Assembly (NCBI GenBank): GCA_903813345.2 | Contig: CAIIXF020000001.1 | Coordinates: 3,968,001-4,032,000 of the forward strand | Source: Owenia fusiformis | Lineage: Eukaryota | Length of the DNA: 64,000 nucleotides | Reading direction: 5' to 3' | Shown here: positions 41,401 through 56,400 of the stretch, piece after piece | How the letters are laid out: every line of letters begins with the position of its first letter | How positions within the stretch are numbered: the stretch's first letter is position 1 | Notes under the pieces: model-generated | The model's database searches: none | Told to the model about the DNA's origin: nothing | What the model saw: only the letters and a program-made list of their open reading frames with translations | Position numbers and translations under genes: made by a program

Positions 41401-44400
41401 ATTTCACACCAATCATCAATCTCAAATGCTAAGACAAGAAATGTCACCACCCGCCCTTCTTAACAAACAAAAGTACAACAAGAAAATGCAGCAAATTTCT
41501 TGTAGTAGAGCTATCCAAGTCAAAAAGTTGCCTACCCCAGGCCCTGATACATCAGTTGATTATCCCAATTGTTTTATGTCAACTGATTCATTGTGCATCA
41601 AAAACCAAAAAGCAAGGCACAATAAAAACAGATAGAGAAATTATACTACAGTCACATTGAATGTTACTGCAGATACATACCTTTACATTTTCCAATCTCT
41701 GTATCAAGGTAAAAGCCATTTGCACAGTTGCATTTGAAAGAACCATGTGTATTCTCACAAAGGGAAATGCCAGGCTCACAGTCATCTAGACCAAGCAGAC
41801 ACTCATCAATATCTACAAATACAGCGAGTGTGCATATCACATTCATTTTATTGAAATGAGTTTTTCCACAGAGTTTAGAGTTAGCTCATGGAGAGATGCT
41901 CTAATCAAGTATAGGATAACTTTTTAAAAATCTTGAACATATACAAAAACCGTTAATTCCTTACCAGAACATGAGATTCCATCTGCATTCTGCCCAAAGC
42001 CGTCTGCACATTTACACATGTAACCGCCATTGGTGTTGAGACATGTGTTGCCATCTATTGTGTGGCAGTTATGTACATAGTTGATGACAGTGGTCTTTGT
42101 GATGTTGCCATTGTTTTCTTCTGCTTCTATTGTTTGTATACTGGTGGATTCTGTACACTCATCAATATCTGCAATGTCAACATTACTCTGTTAATGTACG
42201 AGGGTTGATCAAAACGTTCAGCACCACTTGATTTAAATTTTAAAATTCTATGAATATCTTGCCTATATTTGACCTCAACCATAGTGGTGTGAAAATAGTG
42301 AATAAATTCAACTGTTAACATTGACATCTGGGTACCACAGCAAATTGACAACACTATGCGTAGCAAGAAACACACGGTAGAGCTGGATAAGATGGTGTCC
42401 GATTATCTACAGTTTGGAATAACAAAGTTGATTTTGTTATGTTTTGCCCCTTCCCTCTCCCCTCATAAATTTTTAAAAAATTGATTTGTCTTTCGCTTTA
42501 ATATTCAAACAAGTAACAAGGCATTAAAGTGTCTCACATATTCGATCAAAACTTGCCATGCAAACATGTTTAAGTCTACTTTACTGGCCCCCTTGCTGTA
42601 ACAAGGAACACAAAACACATTAAAACGTAAACATAAACCAATTAGTCACTTCACTATGAAAGTGAGGGGTGTTAGCAAATGTGTATTAGCAGAATACGCT
42701 GTGTGCATGGACTAACTGGTCATTTGCTGTGTCAACTTAGTAACCCTTGCATATCGTGCTCACTCAAGTATTGAATAATTTTTTTATGATCTAAATGTTT
42801 GTGGTTTATAAAAAAATGTGATATATTTTAGTTTGAAATACATTAATAAATATATTCATTCAAATAGCACTAGAATGTGGGAAGAAAGAGCAATGGTGAC
42901 AAAATGCGGACAGAATTTCCCGTAAGGGTTTCAAACATTTCTGGACACAATCATACATGTACTTCATGTGCACTGTTATTTTAAGTGCTGTATTTATAGA
43001 TATAATTTCATGTATTAAAATCATATTTTCCAGCAATGACTTCAAATTCGGAACCACCCCCATATCACATTTTCTTCAATAACTCCAAACATGTGTAAAC
43101 ATTGACCATGTGCTTGTAAATTCAGATTTCACGAGCTCTTTCCGATTCGAGTACCTCATACACCCCTGCATGGATTTGGAGTTGGATTCGCCTTTTATAT
43201 GTGAGCCGATACACATCGCAAACGCTGATTGGATAAAGATTGCGCGACTCTTTAACATGCAAAATGTCATCACCTGCCATTTGTTACTATACAGACCTGA
43301 CTGGCAAATGCCGAACAACATCCACAAAAAAGTTGGAGACTATGACTTTGTAACAAGATAAAAATGAACAGTCATCACTGAAAATGTCAACTTTGTTCTA
43401 ACGTAACTTTTGATAATTGAGTTACATTATCACTAAAAAACAACATGACAATTTTAATTTTGATTCTTGGACACACAGGTACTTTGACTTACCAACACAG
43501 AGCATGTTCTGGAGGTCCATCTTATACCCTTTAGTACATTCACAGTAATCCTGGTCCCCTCTTGACACACAAACTGCATGGGAACCACAATTCAAGGCAA
43601 CATCATCGCACTGGGAACTTACTGTGAAAAGTAACAAATGAACATTTCAGTTGTCCATGTAGGTAACTACAACTTAACAGGTAAGTAAAACACACTACTG
43701 TATATTTCATATATAGGTTAGCTTGGAAGTATCTTTGTACATTGAAAGTCTGTTAATTCTACTGCCTTCTCTATTGTAAGCTTTTTCTAAGCCTGTATTA
43801 TATCTTCAACTAAGATTATTCTTTTTCACTTCTATCAGATACTTGCAAGTTCTGGTACTATTTTCCAACAACTATATTTCTCTTATTTCTTGGGCAGGAA
43901 TCTAGAAATAGGAACAGTAATGAAGACAAACTAAAAGATAGAGTCTTAATACACAGGACTCTGCATAACAGTATCATATCAGTAAAACCGAAATCCACTG
44001 GGAATGATGAAAATTGTACAGATTAGCAGGTGTTCACATTTCAAGGCTTTCTTAATATGTGAATCAATGGGAGATAACAAAATTGGACTAAGAAAAGTGT
44101 TCACATTGAGAGGTATTTGGATATAAAGGTTACAATTAACATGCATTTAAAAACTACCCTACCAGCACATGAGACTTCATCTGTCCTAAGTACATAGCTG
44201 TCTTTACAGGAACATGTATATGAACCAGCTGTATTATCACACAGCTGCTCACAAGGGCTATTCGGCATCTGACACTCATCAACATCTGCAGAAAACATGA
44301 ACACTCATCAATATATTTAGTAAATGTGAACACTTATCAACATCTGCAGAAAACATGAACACGCATCAATATATGTAGAAAACATGAACACTCATCAAAT

Positions 44401-47400
44401 CTGTAGACAACATGAACATGGCCTTTTAACTTAATGTGTTGCTATGAGGCTGGCACAGAATGGAAATTTAGTTCAAACAAATACAAAAAATGTGATTTTA
44501 CAAAACATTTCTAAAACATTTTGAGTGACATGTTTCAATACTAACCCTTTTTCATTTAATCCTATGAACACAAATAACATACATGTACCATACTTTAACA
44601 TAACAAACCTATGCAAGAATTTGGATTTTCAGGATCTGACATGTATCCATGTAAGCAGTTACACCAATAAGACCCATATGTATTCATACACTGGTCAGCA
44701 CAGTTACCATTGTCTGTTGCACACTCATCTAAGTCTGAAACACAAAAAAACTTTTCATAATATCATCAATATGTTTAGATTTTTGGGAAATTAGGATACA
44801 AATTGCAAAATATTTTGTCACTTTTGGAAGCGATGGATGTACAGATTTGTTTCACTTTACAATCTACTTTTTCTTTTCCAATGGATGCAGATACAAACAT
44901 ACCTCTACATACGTAGCCATCTCCATGGAAACCTGGATTGCATGTACACTGGTATGAACCACGGATGTTGCTACATGTTGCCTCTGTGGCACAGTCATTC
45001 TCCTGGCCTGGGGCACACTCATTAATATCTACAAATGAAGTGAAATATATTGCAGCTTTTTGGTTGAAATATTATATCTTATGTATGTGGCTTATTAAAG
45101 CAGATATGAAATGGTATTTTTAACCCAAAGGAATCAATATAATTTTTTGATAGATGTATTTGGACATGTTTTCTAATCAGTAGTGTGAAAACTATTTCAC
45201 TCTAACGATCGTTATAGCTGCTTAATAAGCAATATTCGAATTGGTTGTGACGTTATTGGCCCCCACGTGATCTCTCACTGGCCCCCACGTGGACTGTTTT
45301 GGTCCATTAGATCATGACGTCATAATGCCAAAATGTTTTGTTATTTGTTTACACAACAATCCTATGGTTGCCGTGACGTTGTGATTACTATGGAACCAAT
45401 AAACCAAAGCTATAATTTGTATATGACGTTACTAATCACGTGGGGGCCAATTTGATTGATCAGTTAGTTTTATTTCGTTATCTATGACCGTTAGCAGTTA
45501 TCTAACATTTATTTTATAATGGCTATCGCAAGAACTCTACGGTGGGCTTACAATAGAGAAAACCGCATTTTTGTAGCTGCAAGTTGAGAAAAGCTATTTC
45601 AGTTTTTTAGGAAAAATGGTGGCCATTTTGAATTGAGTGGTCATATTGAAAAATTCTTCTCAAGCAGAGGTGTTACACCCAAATGGCATAAGCCTCTAGA
45701 ATCCTATTTTCGATATTAGTGAAAAATGGCAACCATTATGAATTCAGCAGCCATCTTGAAAATTTATTTCTTGAGCAGAGTCCTATGTCCCTTTAGCATC
45801 AGCATGTAAAATTTGAACCAAATCTGTCAACTGGTATTTGATGAAATCAAAGATTACATTTCTATTAAAAATGGTGGCAACTTTGAAATGAGAGGCCATA
45901 AAGTGCCTCCTTAAACAGAGACCATTAGCCTATAAAATTTGTACCAAAATCCCTAAATGGTATAAGTTATTATAAATAAGCTAACTACAATCATTTTTTG
46001 AAAAATGTCCGCCATTCTGAAAATCAGTGCCCATCTTGAAAATTTATTCCTACGCAGAGCTTCTATGTCCATAAGTCACCGGCATATCTTAAACCTAATA
46101 CACCAACTGGCATTTGAGTTATCAAAGATAACATTTTTGCAAAAATAGCAGCCATTTTAAATTGAGCGGCCATATCAAAAATTCATTTTCAAGCAGAGGT
46201 CCCTATATTGAGGATAAGGCATAACCTATAAAATTTGAACTAAATCTATCAACCAGTATTTGAATTATGACCCGGACACAAAAATAAACAAAATGATGAA
46301 TTACCTAGAATCACAGCGAATGATGAAATAAAATTATAAATTCATCCTGATCAATTAACACCATATGCTTGAGTGAAAATGAATAACATTCCTTGCCTGA
46401 TACATGTATATCCCTTGGACCCAAAGGAAATTATAATACTGCTTCGTATAATAAACAGTGTATATATCATTGGTATACTGCAGGCTTACAGTACCTTTAC
46501 ATGACCTTCCATTGGATGAGAGGTAGTATCCATCCTCACAACTGCACAGGTAACCACCAGGTGTATTAACACACAGCTGCCCACATCTATGGTTCAACAG
46601 GCACTCATCAATATCTGTAGTGAAACAGTAGTTTATGAGTGTGTACACACAATATTCCTGGTCTGATTCTTGTAATTATTGAAATGCGATGTTTTGCAAC
46701 ACAACCAATAAACAGGGTAATTATGTAAATAAGTGAAACTTATGACACAAAAGTAGAGTGAATCTTAACAAATAATGTATTTTAATACCTATGCACTCTC
46801 TTTTACTAAATGGTTTCAAAGTGTAGCCTCTCTGGCAGTCACAAGCATAGTCCCCCTCAGTGTTCCTGCACTGTGCATTGGGACCACATTGGTGAATCCC
46901 CATTATGCACTCATCATGGTCTGTGCAGTTGAAGGTCACTGGGTCAACCTGGTAGCCATTTGGACAGAAACATCTCTCCAAGAAATTGATCAGGGCGCAT
47001 GAACCTAGCACTGGGTCACACTCATTCAACAAACATTTGTCCTCAGCTGAATAACACAAGATGATAAACATCATCTAATTAACAAGATAATTAGATATAT
47101 ATTTGTGATATGATTGAGTCTTACTGCTGTGATAGATTTAGCAATTATCTTTCTGGTTTTATCTACCTTATCTTTTTCACCAACCTGAGCATGTTCTTGC
47201 ATTTTCATCCAATACAAAACCATCCCTACAATTACAAGTATAGTTGTGACCTGGCTGGTTGCTACATTGGTCGGCCTGTTGACACTCTGGCTCTAGTTGG
47301 CATTGGTCAATTTGTATACAATCTCCAGGGGTGGCAGGGTCTAACATATACCCAGGCCCACAATCGCAGTAATAGCTTCCGACAGTGTTCACACATTTAC

Positions 47401-50400
47401 GTTTACAGCCACCATTGGAGGACACACACTCGTCTGTGTCTGAAATATAGTATGTATAATACTATATATAAAATATACATGTTTGTACAAAATAATCTTG
47501 CTGTAAATTAAATTGAAGCCAGCTGCTCAATATATTCAAACCTTCAAGATTTGATTCAATAGTGCAGTTAACTGATAGTGCAGATATTATTTTCATACAC
47601 TAGGGGTCACCACTACAACCCCCTAGCTAACAACTCCCAAAGATTGTATTCAAAAGTGAACTCACCAATACATGTATTGTCTTCAAGCATAGAGTATCCA
47701 GGATCACAGAAACAAGTGTAGCTGCCATCAGGCTTGTCTTGACATGAACCATGTTGCTTGTCACATGTGTTTAACTCATCATTCATACACTCTGGGGAAT
47801 CTAGAGTTACAAGAAAGTCATTGTGACACAACAGAACTAGATGTGACACAAGAAACAAGCTAGATGTGACACAAGAAACTAGATGTGACACATAAAAGAT
47901 TGGTGTCACACAAGAAAACTAGAGGTGACACTAAGAACCTAGATGTGACACATAAAAGCTTGATATCACACTAGAGTGCAGATGTGACACAAGAAACCTA
48001 CACATGTAGATGTGACACTGTGACACATAGCTGTGATAATAGGAAGCAATGATTATACATACATATACAATAAGTACAGATATTTAATAAATATATTATA
48101 ATATTATTTACATCCAAAACGTATTGTTATTTGTCTATTGATTCATAACAAGCAGATCTAGGGAGTATCACATATACATGTACGAGGGAAGATCCAAAAG
48201 TTTGCAGCCTAACATAGTTCCCGATGTCTGAGAGCAACCATTCTTTTCAGTTCAAATGTTGCTTATGTATGAACATAATTTATGCATATGATTAACCTCT
48301 AGGGGTCACAGCCTCATTTTGAGAATATTCATAATGAGGTCAGGTCACAGTGGCTGCACATCAGTGATCACAATGGAGAAAACTGGAGTTTTGCATTAAC
48401 AGGACAATGCACCTTTCACACAAGCCAAGTTGCTCGTGATGCAGCGGAAGAATGCCATCTGGAATTATTACCGCACGCATCCTATTCTCCAGATCAAGCA
48501 CCCAGTGACTATTACCTATTTGGGAAACTCAAAAAATCTCTACGAGGGCAACACTTTGATGATGATGATGAGGTCAAGATAGCTGTTAACCAGTGGTTGG
48601 AGGGTCATGCTCCTGATTTCTTCAGAACTGGACTTGAGATGCTGCCAAGAAGATGGGCCAAGTGCATCGAAGTACAGGGAGACTACATTGAAAAATGACA
48701 CTATCATTTTGAAAATCCATCAACTAGAACTATGTTAGGCCGGAAACTTTTGGATCTTCCCTGGTACCTATACATTTATTATACATAATGCTTCAATAAT
48801 TACACATATACCAAGTACCTATACAATAATTTTATGAATGTACCTTTACAATAATTACACATACATGTACCTTTACAATAATAACTAACATATACATGTA
48901 CCTATACAAGATATGCCATCATAATCCAACTGCCAGCCAGGCTTGCAGCTACATGCATAACTACCAGGCATATTAACACATTCCTGGTCACATTTGTTCC
49001 TTTGCACATGGCTTGCTGGTAGAACACATTCATTTAAGTCTGAAATACAAAACAAATTGAAATGAGTATTAGTTTTTACAAGTCCTTTATCTGAAATTTG
49101 ATTTATACATTTTTAATTGAAAGCTGTCAATTACCATGGCTAGGCTATGTATACTACTGTAAGTCAATTAAATACCAGTAGGTTTTACCAGTAAGCTTCA
49201 GCCAAAGTTCGATAATTTGAGCCAGATAACATGACAGACCATGTCACAACATAGAAATGAGAAATTTTACAAGTAAATTTTCTATTAATTACAATACAAA
49301 CCTATTCCATGACATATGCTAATACCCCTAATTTGGAAAAATGGGCAAGTCCAAAAACAACAGGATAACCTGAATCCCTCTAGGTCAACTGACCTAACAC
49401 CCCTTTATATGCTATATCTTCATAATTGTACGCAGTAAAACTTAAAAATACTGCGGGGAGGCCGGGTGGGCCTATGGTCATGGAATAGGTTTGTATTGTA
49501 ATTAATAGAAAATTTACTTGTAAAATTTCTCAATTACATACAATCCAACCTATTCCATGACATATGCTGAATCAAAAGTAAAGGAGGTGGGACCCCGATT
49601 AAGCCAAAAGTATAATAAATATATATACACCAGTACTTATAATTCATATTACCAAAAAGTACTCTGATCTCACAAACCATAGTGATCGCTAGTAGAACAG
49701 CCACCGTCATCCATTGTAAGGCAGAGGCTGTGACACATCTGTATAACTGTTATTGTCCTATCATAGTGAGCAGTCTTAGCCATCTAAGGGTAATGACCAA
49801 CTCCTATGAATAGAGACTGGTTAACCAAGGATGGGCCGTTTAACCAAACGAGGCAACCTTGCAGTTCTTCAAGGGTCCAGGTCTCAAGCTAGTTGAGTTG
49901 AACCCTTCTGCAAAACAGTTCAGCTACACATCTGGGAGACTGTATGTCCTTTTACAGTGAGTATCCTTACCCATCTAAGGGTTGCAAATAACTCCTATGA
50001 ATAGAACTGGTTAGCCACGGATGGGCGGTTTAACCAAACGAGGCAACCTTGTAGTTCTTCAAAGGTCCAGGTCACAAGCTGGTTGAGTTGAACCCTTCTG
50101 CAAAACAGTTCCACTTACACAAGAACTGGATAGACAAGGAATGGCTGTGTACAAGATAAAGACAAACCAAGTCCACCCAGTGCTACTTCCAATCACCAGA
50201 CTACAGTGCAATACTGAGTTGGTAACAAGTTGCAGAGTACTTAAAGTTGTATATAGTTCTTGAAGTTGTAGACCCACCTGGAGCTTGGATGAGATATACA
50301 TGAGTTAATCCAAGCCATTGTTGTAGTTCTTGTCAGTGTAGACAAAGGCATCATCCTTTCATCCATTGGAATTCTAGGAAACTGCCGATAAATCAACTAC

Positions 50401-53400
50401 CATGAGTCACAGCACAGGGTCCTAAAGGAACCAGTCTTGCATACAAAGTGAGGTGGTACACACTACATCTTGTCTTGTCTCTGCTCTCAGAGTTGGATGT
50501 TAGTTGAATAAACATCAGGTCTGGACCAGCGATGATCATAAAGCCGTTTCAGCCAACTTGTAGAATGGTTTAACGACATAGAACAATACCACTACACATC
50601 TGCTAAGTGCTTCTTGTCTTTTGGATCCATAACAAAGTTACATGGAGCAAGACACCTCCGTAGACCGAGCCAGTCGAGGTTGGTACAGTCACCAGATAAC
50701 TACAAGGATAAGTCAAACCATCTTCTTTGTAGTACCAATTAGTATTCATCATAGAACAGATCAACCATTACTGCTGACCTGGGCAAGAAGAGACATCTTC
50801 CATCTGGCCAAAACAAGTTGTTCAAAGGACAAACTAGTGCATCTAGACAGTCTATCCATCTGTATAAAACTGGTCTATCCATCTGTATAAAACTGTAACA
50901 CAGCTACCCTAGTAGACACAGTGGCACATCAAGCACAAAGTAGAACAGCATACAGGTCCATACTCATCTATAAAGGATTAGTATGGAGATGAATCTAAAG
51001 GTGGTTGGAATCAAGCTAGCATTTGTTGGTAAACTTGTTAGACATCTTTAAGAAGATGAGGATATCACTGTTATGATTGTCTATAGTGGCCATAGCATAA
51101 CAGAAAGTATTCTACTGCCATCAAAGCACTGCTAAGTGTTGTTCCCACAAAGACCTTGGCTTGGAATGCAACCTTCAATTGTTGTATTCTGCATTGTAGT
51201 TGAAAACTATTGGATTGTGGTTAGAACATCCATCTGTCCAGGTTGTAAACAGCAAACATCATAGCTAGTGCTGCATATTGACAGAATACTCCAGAAGAAT
51301 TCAGAAACTCACTGGATCAACAAAATTCTTGGCCTGGAACTCAAAACTTTTAAATGTTCTTCGCAGGCTTGCAAAAGACAGACTAGTGGTATCTTCAATG
51401 GATAGTACATCTATCTGTCAGCATTGAACAGCATTGAACGTAGATACTGCTACAAAAGGAAGCACTACTAGTATAGTATGAGAGTATAGTAGTGCTAGAT
51501 CCACCAAAATCTGTGTCCAAAAACGTTACCTTAAATTCATCCAGGTTTGTAGTTGGCAGCACTGGTTGACAAGAATAGTCAGCTTTTCTCCCGGGTCTGT
51601 CTAAAGCTACCAAAGGCATACATCATGGATGTAGGTGTATTGGAACACTACAGTATGTAGTTATGTAGTAATGTAGTGCTGGATCCACACAGTTCTTGAC
51701 TTGGAGCATAACCTTTGTAGATCAAACTTGGCTTGGAGTTGAAACTCTAGTATCAACAGCATAGACATCAGGCCCGCATGGTCATCGAAGTACTACTGCA
51801 TGTGTCTACCAGTCAATTGTTGGATCCATACAACGCTTGGTCCAAGAACATTACTTTTCAGTAGTCTTAAGCCAAACTTGCAGTTGCTCAAGGGAAAAAA
51901 CTATATCATAAAAACATGATAAGTTTATCCAATTAGTAAAAACTTCCAGCCTTTTACTAGTTAAATAGTAGTATAAGTACTATGAACTAGTAATAATATA
52001 AAACCAAATGAAGTCTGGACTGGAGTGAAACCTTAAGGCAATCCAGGCCCAAAAAGCCCAAGATTAATTTCACAAATAAAGTGACTTGTAGTTTCTCAAT
52101 GGAAAAAACGATATTATAAAACATGATTAGTTTATCCAATTGGTTAAATCTACCAGCCTGTTCTAGTTAAAGTAGTAGTAGTATACATACTATGAACATG
52201 AACTAGTAATAAAATAAGACCAAAAGGAGTCTGGAACTGGAGTGATACCTGAAGGCAATCCAGGCCCAAACACCACAAAGATGAATTCCACAATAAAAGT
52301 GACTCGCATTTTCTCAGGGTAAAAAACTATATAAAAAAACATGGTAGTTTATCCAAGTGGTTAAAACTACCAGCCTTTTACTAGTTAAATAGTAGTATTA
52401 GTACTATGAACATGAACTAGTAAACATATAAGACCAAATGAAGTCTGGAACTGGAGTAATACCTTAAAGCAATCCAGGCCCGAAAACCACAAAGGCAACT
52501 TTCACAATCAAAGGGATGTGTTTTCAATATGAGATGAAAACCACCTTGTTTGAAAATAATAACCAATCCACGAATGAATAAGTACTATAGTTATGAATAA
52601 GAACGAAAATGAAAGAAAACAGGCTCCAGATTATAAAAATGAGAGCCCATCACTTAGATACATGTTTAAAACACAAGATTCATAGTATAAAGAACCTGAA
52701 GCGATGTGTAGAATCCTCTCTTCTACTGTTGATTGAATAATATAAAATTATATTTCAATCAATTGACTCATGATCTTATAAATTTAAGACAAAATTCAAA
52801 CATGTGTGAAGGTACACCGCTTATAAAGAAACATATAGTTACTTAGAAAATATGCATGAAGCCAATCAATACCAGAAAAGGAGTGATTGATAAGTAGCTG
52901 TTCAAAAGTATGAAGCATATTTTAAGGTGAGCCACTCCATAAAAAAACTGTGGTTAGGGTAAAACTAACCAAAAGATTCTAAGACATAGAGTGGACCTGA
53001 GATATGTAGATAAACAATAATGTAGATCTCCATAAAGAGACACAAAAGTACAAACAAACAAAAAAAACTTAGTAAAAATTATCCTTGTAAAATTAAAAAT
53101 AATGAAACAAGATTTGAAAACCAAGATATCCAAAATGATTGCAGAACAAACATCCTATGCCCTGGTATAAATAAAGAATGAATATGTTGTGACCAGAAGG
53201 CATTAATGAGCCATTCAATGTATCTTAAAGTAAGGCTTCTGTAAACTAACTAATTTTACACGAATGATTGTAAAATTAGACCTAAAAATAGTTGATGAAT
53301 AAGAAAAAACGAAAGTAAAAGCTGAGTGTATCTGTAAGCAGAAAACAAACAGAACATAGAAAACAAGTGATGTGAAGAGTAGCAAGTGAATGAAACGTTC

Positions 53401-56400
53401 ACATCTCTTAAAATGTCAAAAAACTAATATTTTAAATTAATTGACTGTTAAACCACACAATTCCATAAAGTGCTGGAACCAAGAACCCTACAAAAGGGTG
53501 TAAAGTGATTGTGAATAAAGATGAGAATTAACTACATCTAGGAACAATGCAGATTCAATCCAACTGAAAAATATGTTATCTAGTCAAGCTAGTTACTAAA
53601 CTAGGAACAAAGTTGAGACCAATTCCCGACTAATAAAAAGTAAGAAAAAGAAACAAGAAAGATCAGCAAAAAGATCTTTCAATACAAGTAAAGTGTAATA
53701 ATAATTTACACTCATCAATCAGGAGAGTTCTTAGAAAAACTCCACCTATTCATAATCCCTGAACACAACATTTCAAAAAAGAAAACACTGTTCAGTGGAT
53801 AAGCACAGCTTGAATGTAATGATTACTGAGTGAAAAACTAAGGAATAGTCATTCAAAGCAATGAACTCCAACAAAGCTACTGTAGGTGCATGAATAAGGG
53901 GAATAACCTTTTGAACCTAGAAGGCCATCATTACATAATATACTACACTAAAGTATAGTCATGAACTCAAAGGATTAGAACCCTAAGGTTAGTAAAAGTA
54001 TACTAGACTTTTCATGGTAAAATAGAGAAAATTAGGCCTCGGTATATCTGACTTCATAACTTAGTCATTATTTCCGATGGAACCATGTATGATACATCGT
54101 TGGAAAGCTAAAATGATTATCTTGATGAATAAATTATTCAAATATGCAAATTAGATATGACGTCATCAATATGGCCGCCATTTTACTTATTAGAAAAATA
54201 ACGCTGTAAAATACAATTCATAGGTAATCATGAATTAATCCATTTGCCCCTACATCACATCGAATCAAATATAAATTATAAAATAGGACAAAAAACTAGA
54301 CAAAAATATAATTGCCCATGAATTTGTCATTTGCAGATGATATCTGGAACAATACATAGCACCGTCGGCCGACCATAACATTTATAATCTTATCAAAGCT
54401 CATTTTCTACTAAAATCCTTGATTTTTTACCAAAATATTGATGGTATTACAAAAACAATTAATTATTACATTTGTATCTTATTTTGTCTACTGATATCAA
54501 TACATAATATAAAAATATGAAGTTAATTAAATCATTCTGGATCAATACATGTATAGAAGATAAGAGAATTTCACACATACATATATCAATATCTGTTACC
54601 ATGACAACGGGTAAGTGGATGTAACATTTTGTAAGAATTTGCAATTTACAGTACAATTAATTCACTAGCGTCCAGATTGATTTCAATTCTATCCTCAAAA
54701 AAAAATCTGCTCAAAGTTTTAACTTATTGTTGGCATTATGGCAATGAATATATGTTACCATGGCAACAGATTATGGTTTAACTTGACAAGTCATGCTTAG
54801 TTTGTTTGTTTGTTTTATTCATTATTTATATTGAAAAGTTACAGTCGTATAAATTGGACATTTAGATTGATTGATTTATGCCCCTTGTATTTTCCTTTAA
54901 TTTTTTCCCATCGTTTTTACATTTCAACCTACAGATTGTTGGTTGAAGAAGGTATTGAATGAGATATATTCTGTGCTATAGTATTACTATATATTCATGT
55001 TCAATGTGTCTGCCAGCAGGAGTTGCCCAAATTCATATCCTCTCCTCTTGCTGTTGAGAAGAAACATTTCAAATGAAACCCTTTCCACATTCTGTCCTGG
55101 AATGGTGACAGGTCCCTAGCTGGCTACACAGAACATACTGCTTTTCTTGTTGTCAGGTAATATTCCTGGCCAATGGCTTAGTGCATTAACTAAAGTGCAG
55201 GACAGGAGGCAGTTGCAAGGCCCTCAATCAGGTCAATCATAAATGAGTATCTGAAAACAAACATCAGTAATATTATTTATAAATGTTCACTTACATTGAA
55301 ATCGATATACATGTATATATTGTGATGTATATTAAAAATTGTAATTGATATTAAAAGAAAATTAAAGAAAATATCATTTTATATCAGTTTCTTTAAAAAA
55401 GATACAATACATTTGTTACATGATTACACTGCCATATGAGGGTTATGGAAATTCATAATCAAACTTGACAGTCAAGGGGCTAGCTAATGATATGAGCAGC
55501 TGTTGAGAACAGTTGCAAACTCGACACCTACTGTAGTGAAAAGATTAGCTAGTATATGTACATGTATGTACCAAAAGTACCCTCTCAATGATCAGTTTCA
55601 TTGTTTCACTGTAGCTCATGCTGACATGAGTTTTCTTAAACTACATACCTTTGCATTGTCTTTTCTGTATCTGTGTGCTCCATATACAATGTTAGAGTTA
55701 AGCAGCATTCAACTGAGTATTGCAACGCCCACTTTATGCCAGTATTGGAGTTAATCCATCACTGTGTGATCATTTGATCTGTGCTATCCACTGTCCCCAT
55801 CGGTTGTTATCCTGCAATATGTAAATGATTAGGCTATCTGATTATCATTTGTATAACAAATATTAGTTTTACTTATCATATGAACGAATTTCAGAAAATG
55901 CGCTATATGTTCAATAAATATTTTGTACAAATCTATGTACCACGATTCCTTTCTTGAGACATGTATTTCACTGAGTCTGTTCAATGTGTTCTTTCTACTG
56001 TTTAGTAGTTACAATATACACCAGTCAGAAATAACATACAAATATTTATTTCTATTGAGGTTGAATACCTGTGCATCTTTCACTAGTGATATTTCACGAA
56101 GCCCGAAGTGCAAGTGGAATATCTTGTGAAAGCGTCAAGTGTCAAGCATTCACCAAAAATAGAATTAAATATTTATTTTATTATTCACTGTTATATTCCT
56201 CACTCACATATATGGAATGACAAACTATTGATGTCTAATTAATCATAACAATGTACCCCCGAATATATACAATCAAAATTACACTGAACTAAGTTGTGAC
56301 AGATGAATATTGCTTGTTATTTTTGTTGATTTAATTTCAGTAGTACCATTCTTCTGTTTTCAGGGTAAACTAAATCAAATGTCTGAGAGGAACAAAGAAA

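Noticed and set aside
42197-42420. Second mariner element (tacgagggttgatcaaaa start)
   Set aside because: Only a left-TIR-like end is visible; no right TIR or transposase motif found.
42860-43361. Cluster of short ORFs suggesting a transposase fragment
   Set aside because: No motif I can recognise; cannot be supported without a search.
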